NCBI GenBank assembly: GCA_964608765.1 | Contig: CAZSPD010000001.1 | Span: forward strand, 70,912-134,911 | Direction of reading: 5' to 3' | Origin: Candidatus Woesearchaeota archaeon | GTDB lineage: Archaea; Nanobdellota; Nanobdellia; Pacearchaeales; GW2011-AR1 | DNA length: 64,000 bases | Shown here: one piece after another, positions 35,523 to 44,305 of the stretch | Numbering within the stretch: the stretch's first letter is position 1 | How the letters are laid out: every line of letters begins with the position of its first letter | Made by a program: the position numbers and the translations under genes | Notes under the pieces: model-generated | Told to the model about the DNA's origin: nothing | What the model saw: only the letters and a program-made list of their open reading frames with translations | Database searches by the model: none

Positions 35523-35536
35523 TTTATTTATAAAGG
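35523..35536 (-). promoter_or_regulatory. candidate TATA box (CCTTTATAAATAAA on minus strand) for the S-layer gene, implying a ~210-nt leader
   Basis: Best match to the window's recurrent TTTATAAA core in the 470-bp intergenic region. Alternative weaker boxes exist nearer the ATG. Confidence 0.35.
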
Positions 35537-35637
35537 TTATGCTGTCACTAGAATATAAATACACATTTTTAATGCCAAATACACTAATCTTTTTTTCTAA
35601 AAACAAAACATTTATTAACATATGGTATATAATTGTA

Positions 35638-35662
35638 ATATATGTTAAATTTTAACATATAT
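35638..35662. repeat. perfect 25-bp palindrome ATATATGTTAAA-T-TTTAACATATAT
   Basis: Read directly. A third half-site TTAACATAT lies at 35615-35623. About 100 bp upstream of the wHTH gene. Confidence 0.85.
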
Positions 35663-35760
35663 ACAGAAAATAAACTAAGAACAAGCTTGAATTTACAAAA
35701 GTTATCGACGACAAAATAAAGATGAATTAAACCTAAGATAAAAATAAACTAAAAAATCAA

Positions 35761-36114
35761 ATGGCAAAAGCAAAAACAAGGGAAATAACAATCAAAGAAA
35801 GCAAAGGAGCATTTTCAATATTCAAAACCTCAGATTCCTCTAAAAAAGACTATGATTTCTCAGGAATATTAGCTTTAAGGCAATTATTAAGCAATGAAAA
35901 AGCAAGGATTTTACACCTCTTAAAAACAGAAAAACCCCTCTCAATTTACGACTTAGCTAAGAGACTTAATAGAGGTTTTAAATCAGTAAATGATGATATT
36001 AAACTCCTAAAAAGATTTGGATTTATTGAATTAATACCTGAAAAAACTAAAAACAGAGTAAGGCACAGACCTGTAATTGCGGTTGATAAAATAACAATTC
36101 ACTTAAATATCTAA
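35761..36114 (+). CDS. winged helix-turn-helix DNA-binding protein (ArsR/HVO_A0114-like)
   Basis: LRQLLSNEKARILHLLKTEKPLSIYDLAKRLNRGFKSVNDDIKLLKRFGFIELIP is a wHTH pattern. 117 aa. Confidence 0.6.
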   Translation: MAKAKTREITIKESKGAFSIFKTSDSSKKDYDFSGILALRQLLSNEKARILHLLKTEKPLSIYDLAKRLNRGFKSVNDDIKLLKRFGFIELIPEKTKNRVRHRPVIAVDKITIHLNI

Positions 36115-36617
36115 CCATACACTCTAAATGAAATAATTGTATTTCCTGAAAACTCTTGCTCAGAGCCTCTGTAGTTATTAGTAACTACCCCTCCATCTAC
36201 ATTTAAGAGCATTTTATTGCTTTCCCCCCTACTATCTGAAACATTTATACTAAAAGAATATCCTTTTACAATTCCATTAGGACTTGCTTTCCAACTCTCT
36301 TTTATTAATTCTTTAATTGTATTATTCAATATGACACAAGAATCCATTTCCCTATAACTGCACACTTCCTCATTGTTACACTTAGTGATTAAATCCTGAA
36401 CACTTAAGTTTCCATTTCTATCTTCACACACTGTTGTATACTGAAGAATGGACTGTATAAAGCTCCCAGCTTCATAATCTTCAACAAGATATGAAGGCTT
36501 TTTAAGATAAACTCCTAAAAAAACCAAAAATATTACTGCAACTAATATAATAATTAGTCCAAAACCCACCATCTCTTCTTGCCCTTCTTTCCTAGTTATT
36601 ATATTTCTTAATTTCAT
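36111..36617 (-). CDS. type IV pilin-like protein (class III signal peptide), unknown function; operon gene 7
   Basis: N-terminus MKLRNIITRKEGQEEMVGFGLIIILVAVIFLVFLGVYL: a charged segment, G-Q, then ~22 hydrophobic residues. 4 Cys. Has a 4-nt overlap with the upstream gene. Confidence 0.6.
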   Translation of the reverse strand: MKLRNIITRKEGQEEMVGFGLIIILVAVIFLVFLGVYLKKPSYLVEDYEAGSFIQSILQYTTVCEDRNGNLSVQDLITKCNNEEVCSYREMDSCVILNNTIKELIKESWKASPNGIVKGYSFSINVSDSRGESNKMLLNVDGGVVTNNYRGSEQEFSGNTIISFRVYG

Positions 36618-37141
36618 TTCATATCTCCAAATCCAACTATTATTTTACCTAACTCACACTTAGTAACCCTTTTTCCATTGTAAACCTCCCCCCTACAAAG
36701 TGCAACATAACTATATCTATCTGGAGCATCTGGATTATCTACAATTGTTATGAGATCGCAATTAGGATAATTTCCCTTAGTACACTCAATATTTAAATTT
36801 GCAGAACTTGATTTAGGATAAATTCTTCTAATCTCTAAACTAGTAACCCCCCAAAAATTCCTATACTTTTCAAGATTATCTTTAAGCATCATTACCTTAT
36901 CTAAATCAACACAGTTTGTTCTTTCTCTACCATACGCTGTTTCACAATTAAACTCAGGAGAATTTGCAATTCTAGACGCTAATAATTTAGCATTTTGTTC
37001 TTTAAGCATATTTGCATTTTTATGTAAATTATTTAGAAAAATAGAAATTGCAATCATTCCTACAAGTGCAAAAAATATAAACACAATAACCAGCATAAAT
37101 GACATTTGCTGAATCTTCATCTGTGCTTTTTTATTTACCAT
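36614..37141 (-). CDS. type IV pilin-like protein (class III signal peptide); operon gene 6
   Basis: MVNKKAQMKIQQMSFMLVIVFIFFALVGMIAISIFL. 6 Cys. Has a 7-nt overlap with the upstream gene. Confidence 0.6.
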   Translation of the reverse strand: MVNKKAQMKIQQMSFMLVIVFIFFALVGMIAISIFLNNLHKNANMLKEQNAKLLASRIANSPEFNCETAYGRERTNCVDLDKVMMLKDNLEKYRNFWGVTSLEIRRIYPKSSSANLNIECTKGNYPNCDLITIVDNPDAPDRYSYVALCRGEVYNGKRVTKCELGKIIVGFGDMK

Positions 37142-38097
37142 AATTTACATTCACTCCACTTATTTTTATTATCAATCTCTTCTGCAAAAGAAATTATTGT
37201 CCCAACCTCAGAAGATTCACTAAAATCCTTTAAAAGAGATATCATCTGAATTAGTTCAAAGTCTAATTCTGAATAACAATTTGTTTTTTGAAGAATAAAC
37301 TTTGATTTATCTTTATAGATTGTATATATTTGTTCAGCTCTTTTCATTAATCTATCTAATTGACACTCATACAATTCTTTATCAGAAAATATTGCAGCAT
37401 ACATTAATGCATCTCCTTCATAATACACTCTTGAATTAGTTTTTTGAACATATTTCAATCTAGTTGATATAATAACATCACACCTCTCACTCCCATCAAA
37501 ACACACACTCACACTATCTGTAGGACAATCAGCTTTTCTTTTTTTAATAATAAAGTTTTCATAAGGTGAAGGCTCTTCTCCAATAAATCCTTCTAATTCC
37601 CTTTCAATATCTCTCGGAGTATTAACAAAACAATATATATCACGAGTAGAAGTTATATAGATTAAATCTGCAATTTTAAAAGGCATCTCAAATGGCTTTG
37701 AAAAAACATAAAAATTTCTCCCTTCAACAGGGTTTTTTGAGAAAATATATCTGTTTTGCATTCCTATTTCAAATCTTTCATTTTCACTCCACTCATTAAA
37801 AACTTTCTGGGAGGTTTCTATTGACTGCCTCCCGAATGTACTTAAATTAGAACACCCAACATACACTCTTGCATCACCTTTACTGTCAATTAAAATTCTT
37901 TTTGCACTTTCAAAACTTGATTCAAATGGGTTTGTTAAAATACTCAAACCCATTGCCCCCTGAGCACTTATCTGAGTCTTATAAATTCCGATGAATTTTG
38001 TAACCCCATATATTGCTAGGACAAGAATAAATACTCCTGCGATTATTGCAAAAATCCAAGAGAAAGGCATTTGAATATCTCCTTTTTTATTTTTCAT
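37135..38097 (-). CDS. type IV pilin-like protein (class III signal peptide), 320 aa; operon gene 5
   Basis: MKNKKGDIQMPFSWIFAIIAGVFILVLAIYGV. 9 Cys by my count. Has a 4-nt overlap with the upstream gene. Confidence 0.6.
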   Translation of the reverse strand: MKNKKGDIQMPFSWIFAIIAGVFILVLAIYGVTKFIGIYKTQISAQGAMGLSILTNPFESSFESAKRILIDSKGDARVYVGCSNLSTFGRQSIETSQKVFNEWSENERFEIGMQNRYIFSKNPVEGRNFYVFSKPFEMPFKIADLIYITSTRDIYCFVNTPRDIERELEGFIGEEPSPYENFIIKKRKADCPTDSVSVCFDGSERCDVIISTRLKYVQKTNSRVYYEGDALMYAAIFSDKELYECQLDRLMKRAEQIYTIYKDKSKFILQKTNCYSELDFELIQMISLLKDFSESSEVGTIISFAEEIDNKNKWSECKLW

Positions 38098-38558
38098 TTT
38101 AACAGTTTAACGAGGTTCTCATTACGGTCTTTTTTTATATTAACAAAAAATCTACCATTTTTAACATCAATGCAAAGTCTCCTATTTAAGCTCCCTGGCC
38201 CTGTAACTGTTCTAAGAATATCTATATTTTTAAGGAGCACTCCCCCATATTCACGAGGGAGATAATACATATTTTCATATTCTTTATCTTCAAAACAAAC
38301 TTGAGTTATTTTTTTTGGAAGATGATATTCAAAAGGTTTAGATATTGAATCACTTCTAAATGCACTATTTATTTCATCTTGTAAATCACTTTCAAATTTT
38401 GCCATCTTCGCTATTCTATCTATCTCTAAGAATTTAGATATCCCGTATATTGCAAATGCAATAAATACAACAATAAGGATAATTGAGAAAATAACTCCAA
38501 ACCCCATTTGAATTTGGGCTTTTTTATTTTCTTTTAAATCCCTCTTCTTTAAATTCAT
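38094..38558 (-). CDS. type IV pilin-like protein (class III signal peptide); operon gene 4
   Basis: MNLKKRDLKENKKAQIQMGFGVIFSIILIVVFIAFAIYGI shares the K-K-[AG]-[QD]-IQM-x-F motif with genes 5 and 6. Confidence 0.6.
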   Translation of the reverse strand: MNLKKRDLKENKKAQIQMGFGVIFSIILIVVFIAFAIYGISKFLEIDRIAKMAKFESDLQDEINSAFRSDSISKPFEYHLPKKITQVCFEDKEYENMYYLPREYGGVLLKNIDILRTVTGPGSLNRRLCIDVKNGRFFVNIKKDRNENLVKLLK

Positions 38559-38608
38559 AATTAATTAAATTATTCTTATTTTATAAAGATTTCATTTACA
38601 AAACCTAA

Positions 38609-41110
38609 TTAAATTAATTGTGCAATTTCAAAAGGTCTTACAATTATGCTACACACTCCATCAAAAGGAGAATTCCCATACTCGTCAAAACATTTAACAT
38701 ACAAGTCTTTTGAAGAATCCCAATCTACATAGTGATTTAATCCATCTCCTGTCTCAAACAATATACCGTCTTCTACATCATACACACACGAAACAGTTGA
38801 GTAAACACATTCTGATTCTTCATTAGTTATTATCTTAAGTGAGTTGGACCCCTCGTCTTTAAACACCCTTATTATTGAAGGAGGGTAAGTATCTGTTTCA
38901 ATAACAAAGTTAATCATTGTTTCATCAACATTATCTGCAATATCCATACACTTTATATTCATCGTATAAGCCCCTGCAGGCATATACAGTTCTTCAGTGT
39001 TTGTTGTTAAATAATCCATATCACCATAATTAGAGAAGAATGAATAACTACTTTCGTCATTACTGTTTACCGAATATAAACATTTAGCTTTTCCTCCCTC
39101 TGCTCCATTAGAGGTTAGAACATCTATTTTAATCTCTGCACTTATATCTGGACTTCTTATTGTTGTTCCGTTTTGCTTATTATTTATCCTTGCAGTTTGA
39201 ATTATTAATCTATTTGTTCCAATTAAAATAACTTCATAAGGTACTCCAGTATTTCTTTGATTCTCTTTTGCTACATTGCCTTTATATTCTGGTTTGTCCC
39301 TACATGCAATATAATACTTGTTTTCCTCACTATTTCTAAATTGAGTTAAATTAGTTCTACATCCATAATCAAATCCTGCAATGTAATCATCTATATTTTG
39401 GCTACATCTCTCAAATTCATAACTCATATATTCATAATTCACTTTTCTTGTATCCCATCTACAATCTGCAGGTTCATCTGTATATACTTGGAAATCTTCT
39501 ATATACACTGTTCCAGATTTAATATAAGACCCACTAGAAGGATTACTCTCAAGTATTTTTGGAAGTGTTTTATCTGGACCCATTTGAACACAGAATTCCA
39601 TAACATAATCTACATTATTGATATTCTCCCAGTAATCTGAACATCTAATGTAGAATTTGTAATTTCCCCCATTATCCAAAGAGTATCCTGCATTTTTAAA
39701 TGCCTCACTGCTAGCAGCTACACTTGAAGGAAGCTGCACTGTATGATTCTTTACATATACTGTACCCTCAAACATTGGTTGCATTCTCTCAAAAGCCTCT
39801 TTAGAGGTACCAGTTGTTGGTTCAAGTGAAATCTTACAATACGCTTCTTCATTAGTTTTAAATGCTAATGTAATTGGAGTGTATGTAGGAACACACTTAT
39901 TTGTTCCCCCTCCCTCACCATTATAAATTATCTTTGTTGCAGTAGCTGAGCTTTGATAATCGAATAAATTAGATTGGAAAACCTTTTCACCATAAATCTC
40001 TTTTACAGGCTCTATAATTGGAGCAGACTTATCATTTGGATTACCAATAGTACAAGTCTCATATCCCTCGTTACCTTTATTAAACCAAACACATGCTGCA
40101 CCATAAGTGTGGCAAATATATTCACTGCATCCACTAACTTTATTATCTCCAACACCTATTGTTAAAGAATTACATTTCTCACAATCATTTCCTCCAAGAG
40201 GTGCTTGCCACATTAAAACTCTATAAGTGTAGGTATCACTAGAATATACTTGATATCCAAAAAACATATAGAGTCCAAATGCAAGTGCTACAACTCCTCC
40301 CGCAATACCCATACTTGCTAAAACAGATAGTTTTGCCATCCCAATCATTCCTATTGCTGCAGCAGGTGCAACACTTATCCAAGTTACTAATCTTATATCT
40401 CCCATATTTCTTTCACTTGCAAATTTTTTCATAATAGAATTTATTATTATCGCAACAGCAGCTGCAGCTGCAGCATTCATTAAAAATTGTCCTAAAACTC
40501 CACTAAAGGTAGAGGGATTCCCACTGAAGAATCCTTCATGAATAGGTTTTATTGTATTTAAGAAAGCATCATTTGCAGCAGCGTCTTTTAATATTTCTGC
40601 TTCAAGTGCATTATCTATCATCATTCCAGTTTCAGGATCAATAAACCAAGATTTAACAATTTCTTTACTAGCTTCTCCTCCTGCTTTTTTACTAAATAAT
40701 CTTTTAAAAATATTTTTAGCCCCTTTAATATTTTCACTTGTTTGTTTAATATTATTTACTGAATTTAAAACTGTTACACCTGTTCCAACCGCATTTCCAA
40801 TATTAATTTTTTTTGGAGGGTCTTCTGGTGGAATTGCAATACAAGCCCCCCCAACACATTCTTGACCATCTTCACACACTTTTTCTTTTATACCATTAGT
40901 AATATCACAAGCTCCATTTTTTAATACTCCAGTATAAACCGAATTTCCAACACAAGCTTTACATGAATCTCCTGCTCCAGCAGCACTCACTACCTTAACT
41001 TGACTCTCTCCAACAAGCCACGAAAATGCAACTATTGCAATAACTAATAATAAAATTTGCAAGATACTAATAACCTTCAATTCCTTTTTTCTTCTCTTTT
41101 TATTTTTCAT
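38609..41110 (-). CDS. large polytopic membrane protein with Cys-rich N-terminal knob and repeated Cys-bracketed beta-sandwich-like modules; operon gene 3
   Basis: 833 aa. Signal anchor, then GDSCKACVGN...CEDGQECVGGACIAIPPEDPP, then three Ala/Gly-rich TM segments. The ~520-aa ectodomain has four modules of the type x-C-x-[YW]-[SD] ... Y-x-[YFMV]-x-[IV]-x-C-x-D. Confidence 0.55.
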   Translation of the reverse strand: MKNKKRRKKELKVISILQILLLVIAIVAFSWLVGESQVKVVSAAGAGDSCKACVGNSVYTGVLKNGACDITNGIKEKVCEDGQECVGGACIAIPPEDPPKKINIGNAVGTGVTVLNSVNNIKQTSENIKGAKNIFKRLFSKKAGGEASKEIVKSWFIDPETGMMIDNALEAEILKDAAANDAFLNTIKPIHEGFFSGNPSTFSGVLGQFLMNAAAAAAVAIIINSIMKKFASERNMGDIRLVTWISVAPAAAIGMIGMAKLSVLASMGIAGGVVALAFGLYMFFGYQVYSSDTYTYRVLMWQAPLGGNDCEKCNSLTIGVGDNKVSGCSEYICHTYGAACVWFNKGNEGYETCTIGNPNDKSAPIIEPVKEIYGEKVFQSNLFDYQSSATATKIIYNGEGGGTNKCVPTYTPITLAFKTNEEAYCKISLEPTTGTSKEAFERMQPMFEGTVYVKNHTVQLPSSVAASSEAFKNAGYSLDNGGNYKFYIRCSDYWENINNVDYVMEFCVQMGPDKTLPKILESNPSSGSYIKSGTVYIEDFQVYTDEPADCRWDTRKVNYEYMSYEFERCSQNIDDYIAGFDYGCRTNLTQFRNSEENKYYIACRDKPEYKGNVAKENQRNTGVPYEVILIGTNRLIIQTARINNKQNGTTIRSPDISAEIKIDVLTSNGAEGGKAKCLYSVNSNDESSYSFFSNYGDMDYLTTNTEELYMPAGAYTMNIKCMDIADNVDETMINFVIETDTYPPSIIRVFKDEGSNSLKIITNEESECVYSTVSCVYDVEDGILFETGDGLNHYVDWDSSKDLYVKCFDEYGNSPFDGVCSIIVRPFEIAQLI

Positions 41111-41116
41111 TTTTTA

Positions 41117-43417
41117 TTAGTCCTCAGGATATACACAACACACTCTGTTTGCAGGGCAAACAGCTCCTGTATTTTCTTCTCCTCCTGTGCATGGGTTAGG
41201 ATTATTTATTGTACTAACGCACATTCCTCCGTAGGAAGTAAAGCAATCACTATTACCTGCAATACCATTTTCTGATTCTGATATTGGAAGTGTTGTCTCA
41301 TATCTTTCTAAATCTCCTGTAAGATATTTATCTCCTTTGTAGATAATTTGTTCTACAGTTACATTCTTTTTAACTTCTCCACTTTGTTTTAATTTTTGGA
41401 AAATAGATGTTATTAATTCTGACTCAGGATTACCTTGCTTCCCATTAACTGCAGTTTTATATCCACAATCTCCTAATGATTTAGCTCTTTCAGTTATACT
41501 CATAATAAATTCTTGATTAGTTAAATAAATAGGATAATCTCTTTCTTTTCTTTCATCTTTTTCTTCACTTCCAAAGACAGGAGTACAATCATAAGCCTGT
41601 CCTGTAACTCTTCCTGTTGCAAGTTTATTAGGTTTTCCATCTTTAGTACAATACTGTCCTCTTCTTAAAGAAAGTGTATAACTACTTACCACATTTGGAA
41701 GTTTAAATTCAGATTCATCATAAAACTCAGTTAAAAGACTGTATAGGTTAGGACAATTCCGTGTTCCAAGATTTCCTCCTCCATTACTACACACAACATC
41801 TTCTGGATATATTTTTGTTCCATTAAATGGAAACTCTTTACCATATCCAGGAATAGCATAACATCCACTAACACATCTTGCTGCAAGTTCACCATCAGTC
41901 CACTCAGTCATACTTTTCCTACTTTTATACACAGGAGTTTCATATAGTGCACTTTCAATAACTCCTCCCATTGCACATATTCCAAACCCTTTACTTGAAG
42001 TACCATTCCAAAAATCAAATCCAGGTGGAATTAGTGGAACACACGAACCTTGCATTTCTTTTCTATATTCTTCAGGAACAGTTTCACCATCCCATCTATA
42101 TCCTGGAATCCATTTACATAAAGAAAGAAGATTTTCACATTGTGTTTTAGTTTCAGCAGAAGTACATCCCATCCAAGGATTAAAAACACACGAAGCCTGA
42201 CTTCTTTTTGAATAATCATCTATGCCTTGAATGCAAACAGCATTCCTATAGTCTGCACACTCTTCAACTATTACTTCTCCAGAAGAACAATACATCTTAT
42301 AATATCTGCTTCCAGGAAGATTATATTTAGACACATTTTTTAATGCGTTTCTGTCTGAGGTAAATAATTCCCCTGTTGTTAAGTTTTGATTAATTAAAAG
42401 AGTCCCAGGACTTTCAGCACACCAACTCTCACCATGTTGATATGTTTTTCCATTATATTTACAGCTTAAATCTCCACAAACAAGCCCATTATCATTATTT
42501 GAAGGTTTTAAATTAAACCCTGCTTCCCTATACCCTCTACAAACAGTATTAAGTGTAGAATCACAATTCCCACACGTTGCACTTCCAGAAACACCTACCT
42601 TACAGAGGTTTTCATCATATCCTGTTAAAAAGTGTGTCCAATAGTTAGCATTATTGTATTTACTTGAGTCATATATATTTGCTAAGTTCCCACACGAATC
42701 AAGATAATACACTTTACCTTCATGACAAATTGTGTTTTTAGTTGGAGCACAATCTGAAAGCCCAACCCCATTTATACTCGCAGTACATAATAATCCTTTG
42801 TGAAATCTTATCTCTATTTTATCATATGACTGAGAATTCTTTAAGTGCCCTGAAAGTTCATCTATTCTAGAATTAGTACACCCTGTATTTGTTTTCATAA
42901 CACACGCTACTTCTGTTTCTGTACTTATTACACACGCTCCCACACCTTCATTTAAAGCTATTGAATTAAGTTCACACATTTCTCTTGTTGTAATTTCTCT
43001 TTTTATTTCACCTTGAATCCCAAAATCACTAAACATATTTTTACACTCTTTTTCATTAATAAAATACGCCTCTAATCCAATAACACAACATATTTCTTGA
43101 CAAGCTGGAACTTTTTCTATTGAATTTTGACTCCAGCTTCCCCCAGATTCTAAACACAGTGTTTTAGGAGTGTATTCACTACACTGTCCTGTATTTAGAT
43201 TAACACATGTTCCAGTACATTCAGGAACAGAGCTACATGCATCTTTATACCAGCTTTTGTATTTTGCATCACAAGCATTGATATTATCTGCAGCTTGACA
43301 CCACATTCCACCATCTTTTAATTTTTCACAACATATTGCAGAAATATTTACAGCTCCGAGTATTAATAGTATAAAAGTAAAAATAATCAAACTTGTATTT
43401 TTTCTCATTTTAAACAT
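41117..43417 (-). CDS. secreted cysteine-rich protein (766 aa, about 50 Cys); operon gene 2
   Basis: Signal peptide MFKMRKNTSLIIFTFILLILGAVNISA. Cys are spread over the whole length. C-terminal module SDCFTSYGGMCVSTINNPNPCTGGEENTGAVCPANRVCCVYPED. Confidence 0.55.
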   Translation of the reverse strand: MFKMRKNTSLIIFTFILLILGAVNISAICCEKLKDGGMWCQAADNINACDAKYKSWYKDACSSVPECTGTCVNLNTGQCSEYTPKTLCLESGGSWSQNSIEKVPACQEICCVIGLEAYFINEKECKNMFSDFGIQGEIKREITTREMCELNSIALNEGVGACVISTETEVACVMKTNTGCTNSRIDELSGHLKNSQSYDKIEIRFHKGLLCTASINGVGLSDCAPTKNTICHEGKVYYLDSCGNLANIYDSSKYNNANYWTHFLTGYDENLCKVGVSGSATCGNCDSTLNTVCRGYREAGFNLKPSNNDNGLVCGDLSCKYNGKTYQHGESWCAESPGTLLINQNLTTGELFTSDRNALKNVSKYNLPGSRYYKMYCSSGEVIVEECADYRNAVCIQGIDDYSKRSQASCVFNPWMGCTSAETKTQCENLLSLCKWIPGYRWDGETVPEEYRKEMQGSCVPLIPPGFDFWNGTSSKGFGICAMGGVIESALYETPVYKSRKSMTEWTDGELAARCVSGCYAIPGYGKEFPFNGTKIYPEDVVCSNGGGNLGTRNCPNLYSLLTEFYDESEFKLPNVVSSYTLSLRRGQYCTKDGKPNKLATGRVTGQAYDCTPVFGSEEKDERKERDYPIYLTNQEFIMSITERAKSLGDCGYKTAVNGKQGNPESELITSIFQKLKQSGEVKKNVTVEQIIYKGDKYLTGDLERYETTLPISESENGIAGNSDCFTSYGGMCVSTINNPNPCTGGEENTGAVCPANRVCCVYPED

Positions 43418-44228
43418 AGGGAAGACTTCTTACTGCAAATCTAAAATCCTCCATGGTATTTAAGTCAGTTACAACATATATTTTTGAATCATCTCCTTTT
43501 CTATGCTTTTCAACTCTCATATAAGGATTATCATACATATATGCTTCAGGCATAGCATCTCCAATATTCATTTCCCAAATTAAAATATTCTTTGATATTT
43601 CAAGCATTTCATGTAAACTACTGCTTATCTCAATATTAAAGTTTCTGTATGTTTCAGATTCGTCTCCTTTTTTAAGTGCAAGTGTACTATTAAAATCAAC
43701 TAATATTGTCCTTGGAAGTATTTTAACATAGTTCTTTCCTCTATTCAAATTTACATCATATCCTTTATCTTTATAGCTTTTTTCTAAGCTTACAAAACAA
43801 TTATCAACAGTTTCTTGTATAGAATTTAATATTTCAGATTCAATATGTTCAGTTAAAAATGGTTCTTGATTAATGCAGGGTAATGTTAAGTATTCATCAG
43901 TGTAGCACAAATATCTGACATATTTAGCATCTTCTTTATCACTCCTTTTATAAAGATACCCTGTTCTTTCATCTGTAATATAATTTCCTCCTTGGGATTT
44001 TATAATGAGTGTATTTTCTTCAAATTCTTTCTCAACACAAGTTCGGATATATCCTATAGGATTTTTAGTGTCTTTTCCTCCAGATGGAAACAGTTTTGGA
44101 TAATATAAAATAATTAAAGCAATGATTGCAACAACAAGAAGTGCTATAATAATAAATATAGTAACTTGTCCTCTAAAATTTTTTGGAAGAATTTCTATCT
44201 TTCCTCCTTTCTCCTCTTTTACATTCAT
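43410..44228 (-). CDS. type IV pilin-like protein (class III signal peptide), 272 aa; operon gene 1
   Basis: ...LPKNFRGQVTIFIIIALLVVAIIALIILYYP: R-G-Q followed by a hydrophobic helix. Has an 8-nt overlap with the next gene. Confidence 0.55.
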   Translation of the reverse strand: MNVKEEKGGKIEILPKNFRGQVTIFIIIALLVVAIIALIILYYPKLFPSGGKDTKNPIGYIRTCVEKEFEENTLIIKSQGGNYITDERTGYLYKRSDKEDAKYVRYLCYTDEYLTLPCINQEPFLTEHIESEILNSIQETVDNCFVSLEKSYKDKGYDVNLNRGKNYVKILPRTILVDFNSTLALKKGDESETYRNFNIEISSSLHEMLEISKNILIWEMNIGDAMPEAYMYDNPYMRVEKHRKGDDSKIYVVTDLNTMEDFRFAVRSLPYV

Positions 44229-44305
44229 TTTTTATTAAGGAAATAGTTGTTTAAAAATATTTCTTAAATAAGAAGTATACAATTAATTTATTTTATAATA
44301 GAAGC

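Noticed and set aside
35377-35655. 92-aa plus-strand ORF in the large spacer upstream of the S-layer gene
   Set aside because: It has no promoter-like box or SD at a sensible distance and no recognisable domain. It overlaps the predicted structured leader on the other strand and starts at a non-ATG codon.
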